Positions 58,708 to 64,000 of a stretch of DNA of 64,000 nt are shown one piece after another (positions within the stretch are counted from its first letter, which is position 1; the number at the start of each line of letters is the position of its first letter). A program made the position numbers and the translations under genes. The DNA is from a bacterium (GTDB lineage: Bacteria > Zhuqueibacterota > Zhuqueibacteria > Oceanimicrobiales > Oceanimicrobiaceae): positions 25,944 through 89,943 of the forward strand of contig JBHHXN010000006.1 of NCBI GenBank assembly GCA_046757025.1, in the 5' to 3' direction. The notes under the pieces were generated by a model. That model saw only the letters and a list, made by a program, of their open reading frames with translations. It made no database searches and was not told the DNA's origin.

Positions 58708-60186
58708 CTACACCACCGTTTTTGAACCCACATAATCAGGTATCTCTCCCTGGTAGCGAAACACGAATCGAATGAGTTTAGACATCCACTTTTTGTGTAA
58801 GCGGACATAATGCTGATCCGCGGCGCGACGGGCGCCCAGAAGCCAGGTTGGGTAGGGATGGATGGTGTCTGCAATGTGGGACAATTTCAGGCCGTTTTTC
58901 ATGGCCAACGCAAATTCGTTGATGATCTCGCCCGCTTGGGCTCCCGCCGCATGCGCTCCTAGGATTCGGCCTCTGGCGGTGTGCAATATTATGACGCCTT
59001 CGGAAGCATGTTCCGTCACTGCCCGATCGATTTTATCGTAAGGAAATTCGATGGTTTCAAACGGGATTTTTTCAGACTGCAATTCTTCGGCGGTTTTACC
59101 CACATGGGCACATTCGGGCTCCGTGTAGGTAACCCAGGGAATGATTTCGGACTCATATTTATAAATAGGCAAGCGAAACACCGCATTGACCGCCGCGGTT
59201 TTGGCCATATTTTCAGCTACGTGCGTGAATTTCAAAAAAGTGGTGACGTCGCCAGCGGCAAAAATGTTTCGAACATTGGTGCGGCAAAAACGATCGACTG
59301 GGATGCCGTTTTTCAAAGATCGCACTCCAGCGTCTTCTAAATGGAGGTTTTCCAGATTGGGTTGTCTTCCCACCGCCATCAGCAGGGCATCGCATGAGAT
59401 GGATTTATCGGCTCCGGTCCGTGGCCCCACCGAAAGTTTAAAAGCGCCATTGCCTTTTTGGGCTTGGTGAATGGTCGCGCCCGAATAGAAGGTCACTCCT
59501 TCTTTCTCCAACCGAGTTTGAACAAAATCCGTACACACCGGCTCATCCCGAATGAGAATCCGTGGATCAAGCGCAATGACCGTCACCCGGGTACCGAGCA
59601 AGTTGAATGCCTGAGCCATTTCCACGCCAATGGGACCGCTTCCCAGAATAACCAGATGTTTTGGCTGCTGCTGCAATTCAAACAGCGATTCATTGGTTAA
59701 AAAATCGGAAGCTTGCAAGCCGGCGATTGGCAGCCGAAGGGGAGAGCCGCCCGCGGTTATGATCGCGCTTCTGAATGACAGAGATCGACTGTCCTTCTCA
59801 GTGGTCACTTTTATGGAATGCTTATCGATAAATTGCGCGCGGCCGTGTATGACTTCCACACCGCGGGCGGTGATCACTTCGGGTGAGTCGGCGTCTTCAA
59901 AGATTTGCTGGCGGGTTTTTCGAATCGAATCCATGACCGCAGGAAAATCGATGAGCAAGTCCTTGTATTTTACACCATTTTTTTGGTTCTTTGCTACCGT
60001 CGAAACGCCCTTGGCGATGTGCAGTAAGGCTTTGCTAGGAACACAGCCGTTCCAGGTGCAATCTCCTCCCAGCCGATGCTTTTCGATGAGGGCGGTGCGG
60101 GCACCAAAAGCCGCACAGATTCCAGAGGCCGTCAAGCCGGCGGCGCCACCGCCGATCACCACGATGTCATAGTCGTATTTTTTCAT
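58708..60186 (-). CDS. Class I FAD-dependent pyridine nucleotide-disulfide oxidoreductase (MerA/Lpd-like)
   Basis: IGGGAAG, redox motif GGDCTWNGCVPSK, GSGPIG, HPYPT; no C-terminal Cys-Cys pair. Confidence 0.9.
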   Translation of the reverse strand: MKKYDYDIVVIGGGAAGLTASGICAAFGARTALIEKHRLGGDCTWNGCVPSKALLHIAKGVSTVAKNQKNGVKYKDLLIDFPAVMDSIRKTRQQIFEDADSPEVITARGVEVIHGRAQFIDKHSIKVTTEKDSRSLSFRSAIITAGGSPLRLPIAGLQASDFLTNESLFELQQQPKHLVILGSGPIGVEMAQAFNLLGTRVTVIALDPRILIRDEPVCTDFVQTRLEKEGVTFYSGATIHQAQKGNGAFKLSVGPRTGADKSISCDALLMAVGRQPNLENLHLEDAGVRSLKNGIPVDRFCRTNVRNIFAAGDVTTFLKFTHVAENMAKTAAVNAVFRLPIYKYESEIIPWVTYTEPECAHVGKTAEELQSEKIPFETIEFPYDKIDRAVTEHASEGVIILHTARGRILGAHAAGAQAGEIINEFALAMKNGLKLSHIADTIHPYPTWLLGARRAADQHYVRLHKKWMSKLIRFVFRYQGEIPDYVGSKTVV

Positions 60187-60258
60187 TTGCACAAATGGTT
60201 GAATGGGTATTTGAAAAGGCCTTTCGTTTTTGTATTTTTAATATGAAGCATTAACAAT

Positions 60259-60684
60259 TTAAAATGTACATAATTCCCTGAATTTGTCTGGAACTTCAAC
60301 TATTTTGCGCGCTTCATAATCGAAAAACACCAGACCGGTTTTAGCTCGGGCAACTTCCCGTCCTGTTTGCAGGTGAGTTATTTTATAGACGATCGCACAT
60401 CCGTACTTGTGAAATTCTTCGGTGGTCACCTCTATTTGCAGTCGATCACTGTGAAAAGCTTCGGATTTGAAAACGATGGCCGCTTCGGTCATGATGGTGC
60501 CACAACCCGCGACATCTAATTCCGTAAATCCAAAATGACCTAAAAATCGCACGCGGGCTTCGTGAATAAACGCCAGGACTTTTTCGTTGCTCAAATGACC
60601 GGCGTAGTTGATATCGTTCACCCGCACGCGAACTTCGGTGGAAAAAGGAAATTTGTCAGGTAGTTTAATTTTCAGTCGTGCCAT
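60259..60684 (-). CDS. Hotdog-fold acyl-CoA thioesterase (4HBT/YbgC-like)
   Basis: VRVNDINYAGHLSN, HEARVRF, TGLVFFDY. Confidence 0.87.
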   Translation of the reverse strand: MARLKIKLPDKFPFSTEVRVRVNDINYAGHLSNEKVLAFIHEARVRFLGHFGFTELDVAGCGTIMTEAAIVFKSEAFHSDRLQIEVTTEEFHKYGCAIVYKITHLQTGREVARAKTGLVFFDYEARKIVEVPDKFRELCTF

Positions 60685-60766
60685 AAGCTTGGTTTCCCGA
60701 TGTATTTGTAAGCTTAAATTTAAGTATTGAACAATTTCAAAAACCTGCTGCGGCATAACTTTGCAG

Positions 60767-61561
60767 TCACTCAGAGACCTTTAACATTTGTCGAACCATC
60801 CCAAAATTGGCATTGGCGGGGTCCATAGCCAGTACTACCAATTCTACTTCGCCGCTAGCAAGGAGCTTCAAATCACCATGAAAAGTGCTTTCCTCGCCTG
60901 AGAAATCAAGTACTGTTTCCTGGATGATTTGTTCGTTTTTAACGATTTGCGCAATGACCTGAATTTTATCAGCATCCCAGAGCCCACCGGGCTCAGTAGG
61001 GCAGCCTCACGTCATGGTGATATTGGCCGTGACGGTGATTTTCTCATTATTGTGGAATTCGGCGTCAGCAGCCGGGGAAAGCAGCGAAACCCGAAATCCG
61101 TGAATTTCCAGCAGAATGCCCTCTCCCAGTATGTCCTGACCGGGCACCACCAGCAAGGTCTTAGACGCCTTGTAAGTCGATTGCGGCGGCTCCAGCGGAC
61201 CTTCAGCCACAACTGTAACAATAGTCGGTCGGGCTAACTCAAGAGTTGCAAGAAATCCCGCGGTATTTGGTGTATCGTACACGGTTTCTCCTCGTACACG
61301 CGGTTTGATCATAATTTTTTCTGTCGTGCCGGTGCCGCCCGTTTGTATCCCTTGGGCCATGACTTTGCCGGTAGCTTCGTTAAAAATGGTGATGCGAGCG
61401 CCGCCAACTTTGGTGCCGATAACTTTTGCGTCTCGCGAAATAGCCCGCACCAACACCTTTGTTGCAATTGGCTGGGAATGCACATAATCGGTGATCAAAA
61501 AAATGCTTGCACAGCCAAGCAGCGTAATGAATATCACTACTTTGTGATTTGATTGAATCAT
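60767..61561 (-). CDS. Probable exported selenoprotein (264 aa, Sec185 in MT-U-GCP motif)
   Basis: GGAGG SD before ATG 61561; hydrophobic N-terminus. In-frame TGA at 61007-61009 is followed by 79 more open codons (GCPTEPGGLWDADK...NFGMVRQMLKVSE*). SECIS-like hairpin GAGCCC-GGT-GGGCTC follows the TGA. Confidence 0.75.
60971..61006 (-). promoter_or_regulatory. Candidate bacterial SECIS element
   Basis: UGA-GGCUGCCCUACU-GAGCCC-GGU-GGGCUC-UGGGAUGCU. The G-initiated apical loop starts 19 nt after UGA, and a lower stem can form. Confidence 0.65.
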
Positions 61562-61619
61562 ATAGTCCTCCAATGAGTTTATAATTTTTTTAAGTTAAAT
61601 TCTTGAGTTATCGATTTTC

Positions 61620-61910
61620 ATTTTGAGTTTGAACTTGAGTGTCAGTCAACCTTCTGTGCTTTTCTCATGGAATTTGCAGAACACCTCTCTCATCCCGCTG
61701 AGCCGAACCCCCAAGAGGAGAAAGGATTTTTCCCCTTGGAGGGGGAAAAAAGGGGGTGTTTGTGTTTAGAGCCGCTGTTACCATCCCTTTTGGGATCTGC
61801 ATGTCATTTTATCTTCAGAACCTTTGCGGTTTTGCGAGTTAGACACCCACCTAAACCCTCCCTCAAGGGAGGATTTATTTTTCCCCCTCGAGGGGGACCA
61901 CAGGGGGTGT
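61620..61910. repeat. Degenerate dispersed repeat, copy related to 54985-55370
   Basis: GTTAGACACCCACCTAAACCCTCCCTCAAGGGAGG unit and CCCCT..GAGGGGG..AGGGGGTGT palindromes; a related motif occurs at about 9815-9845. Confidence 0.7.
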
Positions 61911-62007
61911 AAGGTACACCGGGCTTCAGCAATTGCAAATTAATGAATACTTGAGTTGCAAAAGCGCAGATATTTTTTTGCTCAAAGTAAAGACACCCGC
62001 CTATTTA

Positions 62008-62154
62008 GTGTCCATCCGTAAAGAGCCTTTTTTTGTCATTCCTGCAATTTTTAAGCGGGAATCCATTGTTCCGTTAGGCACGAGATTCCCGATGAGCTAG
62101 TCCCTGCATGTTTTAAGCAGGGAGCACTCGGGAATGACGAATTCGGATGGACAC
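62008..62154. mobile_element. MITE (family A), copy 2, 147 bp
   Basis: GTGTCCATCCG...CGGATGGACAC TIR with TATTTA direct repeats. Same interior as 33793-33911 plus an extra palindrome (CCCTGC...GCAGGG). Confidence 0.8.
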
Positions 62155-62157
62155 TAT

Positions 62158-63159
62158 TTAGTCACTTATTTTTAACACCGCAGCGCCGCGAATTTCTGCC
62201 CGTTTCAAGCGGTTCAAAACTAGATTGGCTTGTTCAAATTCATAAACTTCAACTTCGGTCTTAATTGGAATTTCCACGGCTAATTTAAGTAATTCAACTG
62301 CGTCTGCGCGTGTGCAGTTTGCCACACTCTGGATGATGCGTTCGTGATAGATCAGATCATAGGGGAGCGCAGGAATCGGACTCATGTGAACGGCGTTAAT
62401 AGCCAGAACGCCGCCTTTGCAAAGTACGCGCAGGGCTTCGGGTACCAGCTTGCCTGCAGGGGCGAAAAGAATGCTGCTGTGCATGGTTTCAGGTGGAGTG
62501 TCCTGGGACAGACCGGTCCACTTTGCACCTAACTCCATGGCATGCTCGCGATGCGCCGCGCTGCGCGTAAACACGTACACTTCGCATCCCCAGTAGCGGG
62601 CTATTTGAATTGCTACGTGCGCCGAAGCGCCGAATCCGTACAATCCCAATCGCTGACCAGGTTGAATGCGGCTCAACTGCAGTGCGCGATAGCCGATGAC
62701 GCCCGCACACAGCAAGGGCGCCGTCTGCTCTGCCGGTAAATCGGGTGGAACGGCATGCGCATAATCTGCCTGAATGCACGTAAATTCTGCAAATCCTCCC
62801 GATCGATCATAGCCTGTAAAAAGGGCCTGGTCACACAAATTTTCGCGTTCAGTTCGACAGTACTCGCACTTTTGACAGGTTGCGTTGAGCCAAGTGACGC
62901 CCACCCGATCGCCTGCTTTAAAACGGTTGACATCTTTACCGTACTTTTCCACTGTGCCCACTATCTGATGCCCGGGTATAATTTTCGGATGTTTGGGACT
63001 CAATTCCCCTTCTGCAACGTGTAAGTCGGTATGACACACGCCGCAAACCAGGACTTTGATCAAAATCTCATTGGCCGCAATTTCAGGTATGGATACTTCT
63101 GTAAAGGTTAATGGATTTGATTCAATTGGTTCAGGATTTGTTAAAATCTGCGCTTTCAT
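62158..63159 (-). CDS. Zinc-dependent alcohol dehydrogenase family protein
   Basis: CGVCHTDLH, PGHQIVG, structural Zn motif CQKCEYC...NLC, PLLCAGVIGYRAL, GLYGFGASAH. Confidence 0.93.
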   Translation of the reverse strand: MKAQILTNPEPIESNPLTFTEVSIPEIAANEILIKVLVCGVCHTDLHVAEGELSPKHPKIIPGHQIVGTVEKYGKDVNRFKAGDRVGVTWLNATCQKCEYCRTERENLCDQALFTGYDRSGGFAEFTCIQADYAHAVPPDLPAEQTAPLLCAGVIGYRALQLSRIQPGQRLGLYGFGASAHVAIQIARYWGCEVYVFTRSAAHREHAMELGAKWTGLSQDTPPETMHSSILFAPAGKLVPEALRVLCKGGVLAINAVHMSPIPALPYDLIYHERIIQSVANCTRADAVELLKLAVEIPIKTEVEVYEFEQANLVLNRLKRAEIRGAAVLKISD

Positions 63160-63189
63160 CGTTCTTTACAATTGTAATTTTGACAGCGA

Positions 63190-63657
63190 TCATTCGAGAA
63201 ATCGATGGCGGTCAGTTGTTTCAGGCAAGCGGCAGGTTGAATATTTTCCAAACCACTTGTAGCGATTTTTTGCGATCATTTTATAAAGTGCGTTGCGAAA
63301 AGAAACCGGAATGATTCTTAACCAAGCGACGGTTCGCCAGATGCCACCGATCTCTTTGAATATTTCTAAGATGGCATCCGACTGGAAAAAAGTGCGTTCC
63401 TGCAGTGTATCCGCGTTTTGAACATAGATCACACCTTGCGCTTTTTCACTTGGTTCCGTTGGCACCAATGTGAATTTGCGCACGGTTTTTCCTTGCAAAG
63501 GCGCAAAGCGCAGCGTGGCCTGCCGGTCAATTTTGATCAAAAATTTGACTGTCCAATGACACAGGGCACAAACGCCGTCATAAAAAACCACTGAACGGAT
63601 TGCGGCCTCGCTTTCCCGACCGTTTGGTGAAAGGACGGTTGTGGTGGTTTTATTCAC
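63190..63657 (-). CDS. DCC1-like thiol-disulfide oxidoreductase (DUF393)
   Basis: FYDGVCALC, FAPLQG, SDAIL, YKMIAKNRYKWFG...C. Confidence 0.9.
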   Translation of the reverse strand: MNKTTTTVLSPNGRESEAAIRSVVFYDGVCALCHWTVKFLIKIDRQATLRFAPLQGKTVRKFTLVPTEPSEKAQGVIYVQNADTLQERTFFQSDAILEIFKEIGGIWRTVAWLRIIPVSFRNALYKMIAKNRYKWFGKYSTCRLPETTDRHRFLE

Positions 63658-64000
63658 TTTTTTTCTTTAAGCGGTTTTGAATTTCAAACGAAATTTAAGG
63701 GATTGCATTGACGATGTCAAGGAAAGTTATGAATCAATCACTACCAAATTTTTTAGGAATATCAACACGACTTGAAAATAAAAAACTGTGTAGTCGTGTT
63801 CTAAGTATTCCGCCTGTTTAGTCGTCCAGTAGGGCTCTTGTTTGTTTTTTAGTTCTTATTTGTTTGGCAAAAAAAATCTCCGATTCAAAAATGATCCCGC
63901 AATGCCGGGTTGATAAGATGAAATATTGCCTATTTTTTTTCTAATTTAACTCAAGTTTCGCAGTTGTGTAATCAATGGTTTTTAAGGTATTTTTCTTAAC

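Noticed and set aside
58708..60186. Calling this gene merA or lpdA
   Set aside because: No C-terminal Cys pair, NmerA domain or mer genes, and no dehydrogenase-complex context.

Overview
This is a gene-dense chromosomal window from a diderm bacterium. TonB/SusC-like receptors, a PorV-like protein and a FlgD-Ig cargo domain suggest an FCB-related lineage such as KSB1 or Calditrichota (inference only). In order, it contains: a PrsW-like C-terminus; two tandem GAF-PP2C (RsbU-like) phosphatases; a cytochrome c lipoprotein; a membrane Ser/Thr kinase with TPRs followed by an unannotated 56-aa repeat peptide; a BlaI / BlaR1-2xTonB pair; fabF, AhpD-like, AIM24 and fadD genes; a his operon (hisGDCBHAFI) with a His-rich leader and attenuator; the tilS-hpt-ftsH-TPR-folP-cdaA cluster; PduO; an M24 peptidase; a sensor kinase / sigma54 activator with an adjacent -24/-12 promoter upstream of receiver, FN3-FlgD and PorV-SH3 genes; paired amidohydrolases; a TBDR + MMPL/RND + binding protein + TPR lipoprotein operon resembling the BstABC sterol transport system; a second TBDR; and a redox cluster. 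The redox cluster includes a probable selenoprotein missed by the ORF track (in-frame TGA in a U-G-C motif, followed by a SECIS-like hairpin). Several MITE and REP-like repeat families occupy intergenic space. No rRNA, tRNA, CRISPR array or transposase was seen. All family calls come from motif recognition by eye, not from database searches.
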